From Escherichia phage FL20, in the sequence record PP400781: a DNA stretch of 64,000 bases; one strand, given 5' to 3'. Position numbers and translations under genes: made by a program. The notes under the pieces were generated by a model that saw only the letters and a program-made list of their open reading frames with translations, had not been told where the DNA came from and made no database searches. The stretch's first letter is position 1. The number at the start of each line of letters is the position of its first letter. Below are positions 18,590 through 28,434 of the stretch, piece by piece.

Positions 18590-20319
18590 ATGACGCATTA
18601 ACATCATTTCGCGGGATGCGCAAGGAAGCGGAAGAAAACCCGATTGATAAACTTAACAAATTAGATAAACTTGATTCTATTGATAATTTGCAAGCCGCTA
18701 CCGAATTGGTGGCGGAGACAGTAGAACAAAAATCTAATGAAGTTGTTGGTGCGGTAGAGGATAACACCGCAGCCAATGAATTGACGGCAGAGAATACCCA
18801 ATCTACCGCTGGTAATACCCAAAAAACTTATGAAGAATTGCAAAAACTCAATAATTTCTCTTCTCAGATGAACGAGAAATTACGTGGTTTTGGTGTTATG
18901 ATGGAACGTAGATTTGGTGTTGTCAGTAAAATGGCTAGCGGTATTGGTGCGATTGAAGAAGCACTGAAAAAACCGGAACAACCGCAAACAATGCCATCAC
19001 CTCAGCCAGTTTTGCCTACTGTACCGGAACAGCCTAATAATGACAACTATCAAGGTCTTCCAAAGAAAAAACCAGATGTTGAGGAACGGAAGAAAAAGAA
19101 CGCCACAGATAAGCGTAATGCCGATTCTATGGAAAATCTTCTTAAAGTTGTTCGTGGAGGATTTAAAGAAACCATAGGTATCTCCAATAAGGTCTTAGGG
19201 ATGTTATTTAAGATCACCTTGACCGCTATGGCAGAAGCCGCAAAATGGGGCGCTATTTTGATGGGTATTGTTTTTGCCATCGACACCCTTATGATTCATT
19301 TCAGATATTGGAGTGATTTATTCGAAACAAAATTCGATGAATTTATGGATAAGGCCGGAGAATGGGCTGGTCCTATTAGTGATATTTTAACTACTGTTCG
19401 TCAGGTTCGAGATTATTGGTCTAAAGGCGAATATGGAGAGTTAATTAAATCTCTTGTTATGGGTATTGGTGATGCATTCTATAAAACCTTTATCCAACTT
19501 GATCGAATTATCACTACTGGTATTGCTAAAATTCTTCGCATGATCCCCGGTATGGGTGATTATGCCGATAAGTTAGAATACGGTGCTTTAAAGTCTGCTG
19601 TCGCTAAAGGCTATAAGCCAAATGAAAGAGAACTTGAATTAATGGATAAGGTCGAGTCTGAACACGAAGAAGACAAATATGGAGAGCGCACAGGATGGAC
19701 AGGAAAAGCCCGTGATATTGGCGAGGTCATAGGCGAATCTATTAAAGATAAATTTAATGAAGGTCTTGTTAGTCTGGGCTGGAGAGATCAAAAGGATGTT
19801 GACGCAGAGAAACGACAAGAAGAATTAAAACGCGGGGAATACAAGTCTGTTTCTGCTGAACAACGATCTGCTAGTCGTAAACTTAAAATTAAAAGTGAGG
19901 GAGCGATCAATAATATTAATGAAGTTATGGAGAATTTGAGCGGTGACTATGACAAAGAAAGAATGGAAGAGTTGAAAAAGGATATTGATGTTTACCGTGA
20001 GCAAGTTCAAGATCCTACATTAGTTGAAAGTGATCGTTCTCAGTTAGAGCGTCTTATTGAAAAATTTGATGAGATGTATGCTGATAAAACTAAGGGTGTG
20101 GTTCCAACTAATCCTGTTCCTGCAACTGAAACGGAAACAGCAAAACAAGCGGAACGTACTGAACAAATGCAGAAACAAGCTGCAATCCAGCAACAAACGA
20201 CAAATCAGACCTCAAACGTAAATAATACACAAATTGTAACAAACAATAGAACTATTAAACAGGGTGCACCAACAACTAGAATTGATGCTCCCGGTACAAT
20301 TAATATGGGGAACTTTTAA
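18586..20319 (+). CDS. 29: baseplate hub protein / tail length determinator gp29
   Basis: 577 aa; synteny 28-29-48. Confidence 0.85.
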   Translation: MNDALTSFRGMRKEAEENPIDKLNKLDKLDSIDNLQAATELVAETVEQKSNEVVGAVEDNTAANELTAENTQSTAGNTQKTYEELQKLNNFSSQMNEKLRGFGVMMERRFGVVSKMASGIGAIEEALKKPEQPQTMPSPQPVLPTVPEQPNNDNYQGLPKKKPDVEERKKKNATDKRNADSMENLLKVVRGGFKETIGISNKVLGMLFKITLTAMAEAAKWGAILMGIVFAIDTLMIHFRYWSDLFETKFDEFMDKAGEWAGPISDILTTVRQVRDYWSKGEYGELIKSLVMGIGDAFYKTFIQLDRIITTGIAKILRMIPGMGDYADKLEYGALKSAVAKGYKPNERELELMDKVESEHEEDKYGERTGWTGKARDIGEVIGESIKDKFNEGLVSLGWRDQKDVDAEKRQEELKRGEYKSVSAEQRSASRKLKIKSEGAINNINEVMENLSGDYDKERMEELKKDIDVYREQVQDPTLVESDRSQLERLIEKFDEMYADKTKGVVPTNPVPATETETAKQAERTEQMQKQAAIQQQTTNQTSNVNNTQIVTNNRTIKQGAPTTRIDAPGTINMGNF

Positions 20320-21377
20320 TGAAAATTAGTGTTATCAATGATGCCGTTGATAGCTTTAAAGCGGGGGTTAAAACCTCCGCTGGTTTTACCTCAAAAAATA
20401 AAGGAAAAACATTAACCGCTCAATTCCCCGCTGAACGTGCTAGCGGTAATGATGCTAGCGGTTATTATATCAACGACTTATATAATAATGGTCTGTTATT
20501 CACTGCATACGATTATACATCTCGTACTACTGGTTCGTTGCGTGATTTCAGGAAAAAGAAAAATGTTGCTAGCGGTTTTGGCGGTAGCGTTAATATCGCT
20601 GGTTTTGATTTAAATTTGGGTGGGAGAAATGCTGCATTTGACCGAGAGGCAATTGCTAATATTCTTCTTCCTCGTAGTCAATCTGACGTTGACGCTGCTA
20701 GCCATAAGTTTAATGATGTTGGTGAATCTGTCATTTCTCGCGGTGGTGGTACTTTAGGCGGTGCTCTTTCTAATATGGCATCTACTGCCGTTTTTGGTGG
20801 TATCGAAAGTATTACTGGTGGATACCTTGCCGATCACGGTGAACAGATTTATAATACTGCGCGAAGCATGTATGCTGGTGCTGACGCACGAACTAAAAAC
20901 TACGTATGGCATCTAACCCCACGTAGTATTGAAGACCTTCGCAATATTTTGATCATATACGAAACGTTTTTAGAGTTGTCTTATGGGTCTAGTGGTATTT
21001 CCAGCACCGCAAAAGAATTAAAAGCGGAAGTTGATGCGTGGTATAAAAATACACTATTGAGAAAATCCACCCCAGAGGAAGCGAAGAGAAATGATACTCT
21101 GTTTGAAGGGATCACCGATTTTCTATCAAACGCAATTACTGTATCTAACCCGACAATATGGATGATCTCTAACTTCGGCAAGCGTACATCGTTTGAAGGG
21201 CGTAGCGATGCATTTGGTCCCGCTCAGATCTCAAGTGTACGTCTGGACAAGTCGCCTGATGGTAAGTTTAATGGCCTTGCTATTTCTCCTAACTTGCCTA
21301 GTACATTTGTTCTGGAAGTATCATTTAGAGAGATCTTGACACTTTCCCGTGGTACTATATTTGGGAGTGTGGTATAA
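20319..21377 (+). CDS. 48: baseplate tail tube cap gp48
   Basis: 352 aa; synteny. Confidence 0.85.
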   Translation: MKISVINDAVDSFKAGVKTSAGFTSKNKGKTLTAQFPAERASGNDASGYYINDLYNNGLLFTAYDYTSRTTGSLRDFRKKKNVASGFGGSVNIAGFDLNLGGRNAAFDREAIANILLPRSQSDVDAASHKFNDVGESVISRGGGTLGGALSNMASTAVFGGIESITGGYLADHGEQIYNTARSMYAGADARTKNYVWHLTPRSIEDLRNILIIYETFLELSYGSSGISSTAKELKAEVDAWYKNTLLRKSTPEEAKRNDTLFEGITDFLSNAITVSNPTIWMISNFGKRTSFEGRSDAFGPAQISSVRLDKSPDGKFNGLAISPNLPSTFVLEVSFREILTLSRGTIFGSVV

Positions 21378-22309
21378 TGTTTGATTTAAATGATTTTAAC
21401 GAACAAGCCGCTAACCTTGACTTTCAGCGATCTAACTTATTCAGCGTGGCATTTGCCACCACTCCAAGTAATAAGACACAAGCGATCCTAGAAAGTATGG
21501 GCGGTGCGGTATATGATATTATACCAAATGCATTAAATGACTATTTCGGGATTACTCGTGGTGATTATACTGACGCATTAACAAATCTTGCTGTACAGGG
21601 TGTTAGGCGTGCTGTTGATTCATCCGGTGTCAAAAAGTATCTTTTAGGTGCAATGTCATCCCGCGTAGTTCAATCTCTTCTGGGGCAATTTGATGTTGGT
21701 ACATATGCGCTTGACTGGTTCAATATGGCATATAAGACAAGCGGTCTTCTGGTGTATGCTGTTAAGGTTCCAGAAAACAGATTGAATTATGAAATGGACC
21801 GTAACCACAATGCGCCAAACATTCGAATTACCGGACGTGATTTTGATCCGCTTGTATTGAGCTTTAGAATGGACTCTAGCGCATCAAACTATAGAGCAAT
21901 GCAGGATTGGGTTAACTCAGTAGAAGACCCCGTTACAGGGCTTCGTGCGCTTCCTGTTGACGTTGAAGCAGATATTCAGGTTAACTTACATAACCGAATG
22001 GGAGTTCCTCACACGATCATGATGTTTAATGGTTGTGTTCCTGTTGGTGTGAGTGCACCGGAATTAACCTATGAAAATAACAACGAAATTACAACATTCG
22101 ATGTTACTTTTGCGTATAGGACTATGCAAACTGGTGCTGTAGGAGAGCAAGCCGCGCGAGAATGGATTGAGGATAAGGCAATAAACGCAATAACAAACAC
22201 TTTCGGCAATAATTTACTTGATAGTGGGTTATCTGCTGCTGGTAATGCTTTATCGCGTCTAAATGGCGTTGGTGGACGTGTGGTGAATACTGTCACTAAC
22301 TGGTTCTGA
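21377..22309 (+). CDS. 54: baseplate tail tube initiator gp54
   Basis: 310 aa; synteny. Confidence 0.85.
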   Translation: MFDLNDFNEQAANLDFQRSNLFSVAFATTPSNKTQAILESMGGAVYDIIPNALNDYFGITRGDYTDALTNLAVQGVRRAVDSSGVKKYLLGAMSSRVVQSLLGQFDVGTYALDWFNMAYKTSGLLVYAVKVPENRLNYEMDRNHNAPNIRITGRDFDPLVLSFRMDSSASNYRAMQDWVNSVEDPVTGLRALPVDVEADIQVNLHNRMGVPHTIMMFNGCVPVGVSAPELTYENNNEITTFDVTFAYRTMQTGAVGEQAAREWIEDKAINAITNTFGNNLLDSGLSAAGNALSRLNGVGGRVVNTVTNWF

Positions 22310-22316
22310 TAAACGA

Positions 22317-22347
22317 AAGGCGGGGATAATCCCCGCCTTTTTATTTT
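22317..22347 (+). terminator. rho-independent terminator after gene 54
   Basis: AAGGCGGGGAtaaTCCCCGCCTT hairpin plus TTTTATTTT; lies between convergent genes. Confidence 0.75.
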
Positions 22348-22826
22348 GCTAAATCATTGCAATATTTTAGTGCCTTAGTTTGAAATTCTGCGCTGTTAAG
22401 TTCTTCATAACGGTCATAATCACCGTTTAATGCTGCCTTTCTTGCTTCTTGCTCTATCTGCATGTCAGACATGATAATACAGCGATCCCGTGCTTTCATC
22501 TTCTCAAGTTGTATAGACTCTTCTTTCTGCTTGCGCAATTCTTCTTGACGCTTCTTTTCTTCTCGTGCTTTCTCTTCCCGCGCTTCTTTGATTGCATCCT
22601 TGAACATCTGCGTTTGTGGTGCTAAACCAACTTTAACTCGATCTACGTCTCGACGTTCCATTTTAGAAATAAAGCATGATTCGATCTGATCATCACTTGC
22701 ATATGCTGTTTTACATTCACGAAGCAAGAAAACCGGATCTGATTTAGCATTCATCATAGCTTCCATGTTGGCACAACCAGTAAGCATGAATGCAGCCGCA
22801 AGACCAATCAGTTTAATCATTTTCAT
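22341..22826 (-). CDS. lipoprotein with coiled-coil segment
   Basis: Signal peptide with lipobox LTGC; charged repeat KEAREEKAREEKKRQEELRKQKEE. Confidence 0.6.
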   Translation of the reverse strand: MKMIKLIGLAAAFMLTGCANMEAMMNAKSDPVFLLRECKTAYASDDQIESCFISKMERRDVDRVKVGLAPQTQMFKDAIKEAREEKAREEKKRQEELRKQKEESIQLEKMKARDRCIIMSDMQIEQEARKAALNGDYDRYEELNSAEFQTKALKYCNDLAK

Positions 22827-23647
22827 TTAGTCACCTCACCGAAAATTGTAAATTGTCTACGATTCTCATCGCCGAAAGATTCTACTACGTCGTTTACCTT
22901 GACGCAAGTCCCGCGCGGTAAAATTACTTCACATTCGCAAGGATTCCATGCAATTGACCCAACAACAAAACCTTTATGATCTTTTACGTCAATTACCCAT
23001 GATACATTACAAGAATGTTGCATCTTTCCGGTCATTGATTCATATCGATTCTCACAATAAAGGCTAGTGCTGTTTGATAGCCATCCTCCAAAGATGATCG
23101 GTGTCATGCTGGTAGATACAAAGTTTTTAAAGGTAAACTCCTTATATTCAATGATACGCTCTATTGTCTGAATGTCAAGATGTTGACCGCGATAAAGAGT
23201 ACCGTTTAACTTTTCGGTTTTATCCATGACGCAATCCATCAAATCGACAATCTCTGATATCTCATCGGTCATGTCTTCTTCCCCTAAGAGAGCACCATTT
23301 ACCCATTCGTATTGTTCAGATACATAATCACAGATTGCATTATATTCTGCTGGTGTTATGTTGTTATGTTTGTAATGTTTGAATACATTATCTCCAAAGT
23401 CTTCGGAGTGTACTTCATACATCACATTAATGATTTTCTTGACAAATCCATAATCTTGTGTCTCACGCTCAAGGAAGCGGATAACCTTCACATAATCATC
23501 AAAGTTAATCTGATCACTGATCATCTCAGTGATCATGTAACCATTAATCCCCTCAATGTCATATGTTTCGATGTAATTATCCATACGTTCCATCATTGAT
23601 TCGCGTGATTCTTCTGAAATACGAAAATCCTGTAATTTCTTGAACAT
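22823..23647 (-). CDS. ADP-ribosyltransferase, Alt/Mod-like (short paralog)
   Basis: R-S-E triad: LYRGQ, FVSTS, CECEVILPRG; same motif order as adjacent alt. Confidence 0.7.
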   Translation of the reverse strand: MFKKLQDFRISEESRESMMERMDNYIETYDIEGINGYMITEMISDQINFDDYVKVIRFLERETQDYGFVKKIINVMYEVHSEDFGDNVFKHYKHNNITPAEYNAICDYVSEQYEWVNGALLGEEDMTDEISEIVDLMDCVMDKTEKLNGTLYRGQHLDIQTIERIIEYKEFTFKNFVSTSMTPIIFGGWLSNSTSLYCENRYESMTGKMQHSCNVSWVIDVKDHKGFVVGSIAWNPCECEVILPRGTCVKVNDVVESFGDENRRQFTIFGEVTK

Positions 23648-23725
23648 TTTAAGCCTCCCATATAACAGAAAACGGGGCTAGTATAAAACTAGTCCCCGTT
23701 TGAGTCAACCATTATTTCTTAAAAA

Positions 23726-25777
23726 TTACATTTTAAATTTATCTGGCATTGCGTCTACAGATACCAGATCAGCGATAAGCTGACGTAGAGTTGCCTTATC
23801 TGCTTTCTTACGTTCGGTTTTAGCTTCGGTAATAAAGCTGGAGAAAGACAGGTCAGAAGCAGGTTTAATAACACCTTCACGGATGAATGCATCACCGTCC
23901 GCGATCATCTCGCCAGATTCTTGTAATGCTGCCAGTTCATTTTTGTTCATAATATGTGCCTCAATGTAATAAGTTTCTTGTGAATCCGTCGATGCCGTAG
24001 CACGAGTTACCGTATCAAAGGATAACACAACACCGCGAGGAAGTAAAATCTCGCATTCTTTGTAAGCAAATGCTTTGTTACCTACTGGCAAGACAGGGAT
24101 GTTTTCCGCGCCAGCAATGGAGAAAGCAACATTAGCGCCACCTTCACCACGAGAGCCAGCCATAGAATCAACACCAGCAACGGCACTAGCCACGTTTGCA
24201 TTCCAGCCGCCAAAAATGTTAGGTGCAAGGGAAGTGCTCACATAGTTTTTAAAGTAAAACGCTTTTTGCTTACGTGCAGTTTCCCACATTTGCGACCGGA
24301 AGTCCATACCACGATACAGAATAGTACCCGGATCAAGTTTAACTCCATAGTTGGAGAAGGCATTATCCAGTGCATCACACATCTTGACCAATTCTTCTGG
24401 ATCTGCGATGCCTTCAAACTCTTCCAGCTTACGGTCGGTTAGGAAGTTGTTCATATTGATGTATGCTGCATCGGCATATTCGCTCAACACAAAACCTTCC
24501 GCGCCCGGCAGATCAAGATCAATATCTGCCATCATTTCACCCATGTTGCTAGCAATTGCTTCAAACATACCGGAAGCAACATTACGTAGGGCATCGGTTT
24601 TAATCTGGGTGATGTGACTACGCAGCATTTCAGCTTTTACATCTGCTGGCATAGACTGGTCTACTCGATCCATTGCCAGGGCGGTGATCTTGTTTTCGAA
24701 TACTTCCTCGCTCATGATTTCTTTTAAGCGTTTGATTGATGCTGCGATAACTTCCGCAGACAATGGATCATATTGATCCTGAACTTTTACCAGTTCGCTT
24801 ACTGCGTATTTTGCATCGGCTTCGCTTTCAAAAATAGTACGCATGAAACCATAGCGAGTGATAATATCACTTGTCCAGTCATTCAGAGAACGAGCGGTTG
24901 AACGTTCTAAGGCTTGACGGTCAATCAGAGTATTAAACTGTTTCTTAGGTTCTGCTTCGGTGATATCTTCTTCCGGTTTAAGATTAATTTTTTCTGGATG
25001 ATTCACATAGTCGCTGTTATAGGTCGCTTGAGTTTTCAGCATTTCTTCTTTAGTCAAACGAGATTTAGCCGCTACGCGTTGTTCTGCTTCCGCGTTTCGT
25101 TCTTCTTCTGACACAAGACTAGCCGCATATGCCTCATCTTTAGTCAGAGATTCACCAGTAGCCTTAGATACCCAGCGATCACCTAAATCACTTTCTACTT
25201 TAGTGAACAAGGATTCATCAAGTTTAATCCCTTTAATCTTATCAATCGCCATCCCGCGACGCTTGACAACAACTAAAGCGATCTTTTTGCTGGTCATTAC
25301 TTCCTGCTGGAATACTTCAAACTTCGGTGTACGACGCACCAAACGCTCTATAACGCGCTTAACCAGTTCGGTCTTACCTTTCATGCGGGATACGTTAAAA
25401 CGGAACATAACAGCGTCTAATTGCGCTTTACGGGCTGTTTCCATAACCACATCAAAAGCACTTGACATAACTGCAATCGGGTTATCGCCTAGACCATTTT
25501 TAAGCTGTACAATACGACCGCTTTTGTTCATTTCGCACAGTACAACATGTGCGGTCTTGTCACCCATACGAATGATTTTAGGTGTTTTGTTGGTGAAGTT
25601 ACAAAGACGGACAATCACATCTTTATCGCGTGTCTGTACTGCAAAAAGCTGTTTAGGATTCTGCTTAGGCTTTAAGCACTGTACCGGGGCAATACTACCA
25701 AAGTTTTCTTCCTCTTCCGTCAACAGCCATTTCTCGAAAGATTCAATCATTAGATCGTCGATTTCTAAGTTAAACAT
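23726..25777 (-). CDS. alt: ADP-ribosyltransferase Alt
   Basis: 683 aa; R-S-E triad ILYRGMDF, YVSTSLAP, ECEILLPRG in C-terminal domain; position after gene 54. Confidence 0.85.
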   Translation of the reverse strand: MFNLEIDDLMIESFEKWLLTEEEENFGSIAPVQCLKPKQNPKQLFAVQTRDKDVIVRLCNFTNKTPKIIRMGDKTAHVVLCEMNKSGRIVQLKNGLGDNPIAVMSSAFDVVMETARKAQLDAVMFRFNVSRMKGKTELVKRVIERLVRRTPKFEVFQQEVMTSKKIALVVVKRRGMAIDKIKGIKLDESLFTKVESDLGDRWVSKATGESLTKDEAYAASLVSEEERNAEAEQRVAAKSRLTKEEMLKTQATYNSDYVNHPEKINLKPEEDITEAEPKKQFNTLIDRQALERSTARSLNDWTSDIITRYGFMRTIFESEADAKYAVSELVKVQDQYDPLSAEVIAASIKRLKEIMSEEVFENKITALAMDRVDQSMPADVKAEMLRSHITQIKTDALRNVASGMFEAIASNMGEMMADIDLDLPGAEGFVLSEYADAAYINMNNFLTDRKLEEFEGIADPEELVKMCDALDNAFSNYGVKLDPGTILYRGMDFRSQMWETARKQKAFYFKNYVSTSLAPNIFGGWNANVASAVAGVDSMAGSRGEGGANVAFSIAGAENIPVLPVGNKAFAYKECEILLPRGVVLSFDTVTRATASTDSQETYYIEAHIMNKNELAALQESGEMIADGDAFIREGVIKPASDLSFSSFITEAKTERKKADKATLRQLIADLVSVDAMPDKFKM

Positions 25778-25845
25778 TTTATATCCTCTAGTTGATAACC
25801 TATAAACCTATATTTATGAAAACGGGGCTTAACGCCCCCTTTTTA

Positions 25846-26058
25846 TTATAATGCACCATCGAGCAATTGCTCTAAGGTGTATCCTGAATAGTCTTTTTCA
25901 ATCAGGATATATTTTCCTACTCGTTTAATACAACCGCGCATTTCAACGTATTCTGCGTAGTTGATGGTGCGAGTTGTTCCATCTTCCAGTAATGCAGTAC
26001 CGATTTCGTTAATGCGGTCATAAGTTACGTCGGTAATGATGATTTCGATGTTAGCCAT
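25846..26058 (-). CDS. hypothetical small protein (70 aa)
   Basis: ORF directly downstream of PeSL cassette; starts MANIE like 28183..28434. Confidence 0.45.
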   Translation of the reverse strand: MANIEIIITDVTYDRINEIGTALLEDGTTRTINYAEYVEMRGCIKRVGKYILIEKDYSGYTLEQLLDGAL

Positions 26059-26123
26059 TTGATACTCCTTAGTAGTTCGTTTCGGTATGAGTGTATTATG
26101 ATATACACCATCTGTTATGTCAA
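26059..26123 (-). promoter_or_regulatory. PeSL-like early promoter cassette
   Basis: Minus strand: TTGACA, 17-nt spacer, CATAAT, conserved leader, AGGAGT RBS, ATG. Confidence 0.65.
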
Positions 26124-26129
26124 CAACTT

Positions 26130-26309
26130 TTAGAACATTTTTGAAATTAATTCTGCTTTGATTTCGCAGAGAACATCTAAAGATTTCTCGTCACCCGCTT
26201 TTGCTGCTTCTGCTTGCATTTTTGAAATGGCTTCAATGTCAGTGCAATTATAAGCCGCTTGAACTTTAGCTATTGCGATGATTGCCGATTCGATGGTTAA
26301 GTGTTTCAT
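26130..26309 (-). CDS. hypothetical small protein (59 aa)
   Basis: ORF with AGGAGAATC RBS downstream of PeSL. Confidence 0.4.
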   Translation of the reverse strand: MKHLTIESAIIAIAKVQAAYNCTDIEAISKMQAEAAKAGDEKSLDVLCEIKAELISKMF

Positions 26310-26371
26310 GTTTGATTCTCCTTTCGTTTCGGTATGTGTGCATTATAGGGGATCACCGATCCCCCTGTCAA
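26310..26371 (-). promoter_or_regulatory. PeSL-like early promoter cassette
   Basis: TTGACA / 18-nt palindromic spacer GGGGGATCGGTGATCCCC / TATAAT / leader / RBS. Confidence 0.7.
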
Positions 26372-26378
26372 CAATTTT

Positions 26379-26897
26379 TTAGTTATTTTTTAATTGCTCA
26401 TCTTGCAATAGGGCAATCACATGCTGGCGATGTTCTTCCGATTGAGGCACACCGAAAAAGTTTGTTTTGTAGAAATACTCTAATCGGTCTTCTCGTGTGC
26501 TCTCTTCCATCATGATCGCGGGTAGTCCGAGATTTCGGAAACGTCGCTTTTCTGCTGGCGTAAAATCACTGTAATACAACATAGAATCATCATTACAAGC
26601 AATGCTAAACTCATCCTTCATAAAGGAGAATATTGCGTTTAAACGCTGTTTACCGTCCACGATTTCGATCTCATAGCGAGAGCCATCATCAATCTTAGCC
26701 ATTGCGATAGCACCAACCGGAAAATCATTAATCAGGTTTTCGATAAACATACGTTTGTTTTCGGTGTCCCATACTAAAGGACGCTGATAATCTGGGTTCA
26801 TGTTGATATAGCCATCTTCTAACCATGCATCATAAACAGAGATGACAAAGTTTTTAGTATTGGTATAGTAACGGCGTTTAGGCGTTAAACGGTTCAT
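26379..26897 (-). CDS. DUF262 (ParB/GmrSD N-terminal-like) domain protein
   Basis: DYQRPLVW and IVDGKQRL match DUF262 QR and DGQQR motifs; start at MNRL coupled 1 nt after upstream stop with AGGAG RBS. Confidence 0.65.
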   Translation of the reverse strand: MNRLTPKRRYYTNTKNFVISVYDAWLEDGYINMNPDYQRPLVWDTENKRMFIENLINDFPVGAIAMAKIDDGSRYEIEIVDGKQRLNAIFSFMKDEFSIACNDDSMLYYSDFTPAEKRRFRNLGLPAIMMEESTREDRLEYFYKTNFFGVPQSEEHRQHVIALLQDEQLKNN

Positions 26898-26898
26898 G

Positions 26899-27231
26899 TT
26901 ATAGTCTCCTGAATGGATCATCACGTAAATCAATATCTTTTAAGAACTCATCCCATGAATGCCGGATATTGTTCTTAATTCTCCAGATAAGCGCAGGGAT
27001 TGAACGCTCTCCCATCTGGAAGTATGGATCATATGATCCGTATGCCCAATATGCTACTACAATTCCACAATCAGCGCAATAGTATTCTATTTCACTTGCT
27101 GGCGACCAAAGTCCATCAATATGATCGGTGATCTTGCTTTCGATGTTATGGCTATGACAATCAGGGCAACGGATGCAATGACCTTGTTTATCGTAATTTG
27201 ACGTTAGCGAATACTTAAACAATCTCATCAT
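26899..27231 (-). CDS. Cys/His-rich zinc-ribbon-like protein
   Basis: CIRCPDCHSH ... CADCG paired CxxC motifs; overlaps neighbours by 4 nt. Confidence 0.5.
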   Translation of the reverse strand: MMRLFKYSLTSNYDKQGHCIRCPDCHSHNIESKITDHIDGLWSPASEIEYYCADCGIVVAYWAYGSYDPYFQMGERSIPALIWRIKNNIRHSWDEFLKDIDLRDDPFRRL

Positions 27232-27944
27232 AGATCCTTATTTGCTTCAAATACTGCCTTTGCGAATCCTCGCGGGGTAAGTGACCTGATAGTCTTTGTT
27301 TTCGTTCCTTTCCCGCCTAGCTTAGAATGCTGTTTACTGTACCCTTTATTAATCTGCAAAGGTTTCTTTTCTGGCATTATAAAGCCTTGTCCGGTCCATA
27401 AGCAAGTCTTTTTTGGGTACATATCACGGGCGGCAATATACTCAGGAAACGTAGGATGCTTATCATCTTCCGGCAAATAACCGCCATATTCCCACGGATG
27501 GAACATATAATCAGGCTTACGCCACATGCTAGAGATAACGCTTACAGGATTCTCTATCATGTAGGGAACTCCTAGCCATTCACCCAAATAAGCGGTTATT
27601 TTAGCTGCCCTTACATCATGAACTTGAATCAATGGTCCTTGTTCTAGTTTCTTTCGTTCAAAGTGCGCAGCGCCACTAACAGCTAAATTGGTGCACGGTG
27701 GGAATGCAAAGATAATATCCGGTTTCCCCCATTCAAGGTCCATTGCTCTTTCCAGCCAATTCAAATCAATCCAGGTGTTTACATAGGTAATGTTTTGATG
27801 TTCAAATCGGGTATTATATTTTTTGTATGTACCGTGGTCGCCATCATCAGCATTAAAGCAGATCACCTTATGACCTGCTTTAGCCCATTCTAGCCCCATT
27901 ATCCCCGATCCGTCAAAGTTGCAGAATATTAATTTTTGTTTCAT
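27228..27944 (-). CDS. C5-cytosine methyltransferase-like protein (short)
   Basis: FCNFDGSG (motif I-like), FAFPPCTNLAVSG (PC motif IV-like), YMIENP (ENV motif VI-like); only 238 aa, no clear target-recognition domain. Confidence 0.45.
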   Translation of the reverse strand: MKQKLIFCNFDGSGIMGLEWAKAGHKVICFNADDGDHGTYKKYNTRFEHQNITYVNTWIDLNWLERAMDLEWGKPDIIFAFPPCTNLAVSGAAHFERKKLEQGPLIQVHDVRAAKITAYLGEWLGVPYMIENPVSVISSMWRKPDYMFHPWEYGGYLPEDDKHPTFPEYIAARDMYPKKTCLWTGQGFIMPEKKPLQINKGYSKQHSKLGGKGTKTKTIRSLTPRGFAKAVFEANKDL

Positions 27945-28186
27945 ATACGACCCTTTAACCCAGCACAGATTTTAGTCGGTTCTTTACCGTGCCACATTAA
28001 GTAAAGTCCGTTAATGCGACCTTGTTTTGTGTGTGATTCTTTTCTGATCTTCTTATAGTGTCGTGCTTCCTCAACCGATTGTTTAGAATACCAATCATAA
28101 AGGAAGAGGAACAAAGGCCAGCCATTAGCGACCTTAATACAGTTATTCAAAAATTCCTTATTTCGTTTAATTAATTTTCTTTTCAC
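27941..28186 (-). CDS. hypothetical small basic protein (81 aa)
   Basis: Translationally coupled within the 28434-to-26379 operon. Confidence 0.45.
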   Translation of the reverse strand: MKRKLIKRNKEFLNNCIKVANGWPLFLFLYDWYSKQSVEEARHYKKIRKESHTKQGRINGLYLMWHGKEPTKICAGLKGRI

Positions 28187-28434
28187 GCTGCCCCCATTGG
28201 TTTGATAGTAACAGAATCTAAAAGACCTTTGTTAGCCAGTTCGCGGCAAGTTTTCAGATCCGCAACTTCCCAGCCAGCCGCAATCAGGTTATCAATCAGG
28301 CTGTTAGCAACTTCTTCGCTCATGAAAGAGCACTGTTTGCCGATGGTGTAGCGCACACGCTGTAATTTCAGTTTACGGAAGCCTTTAACGTTCAGGTCTT
28401 TAGCGATTTTCTTTGCGGTTTCGATGTTAGCCAT
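28183..28434 (-). CDS. hypothetical small protein (83 aa)
   Basis: First gene after PeSL; N-terminus MANIE shared with 25846..26058. Confidence 0.5.
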   Translation of the reverse strand: MANIETAKKIAKDLNVKGFRKLKLQRVRYTIGKQCSFMSEEVANSLIDNLIAAGWEVADLKTCRELANKGLLDSVTIKPMGAA

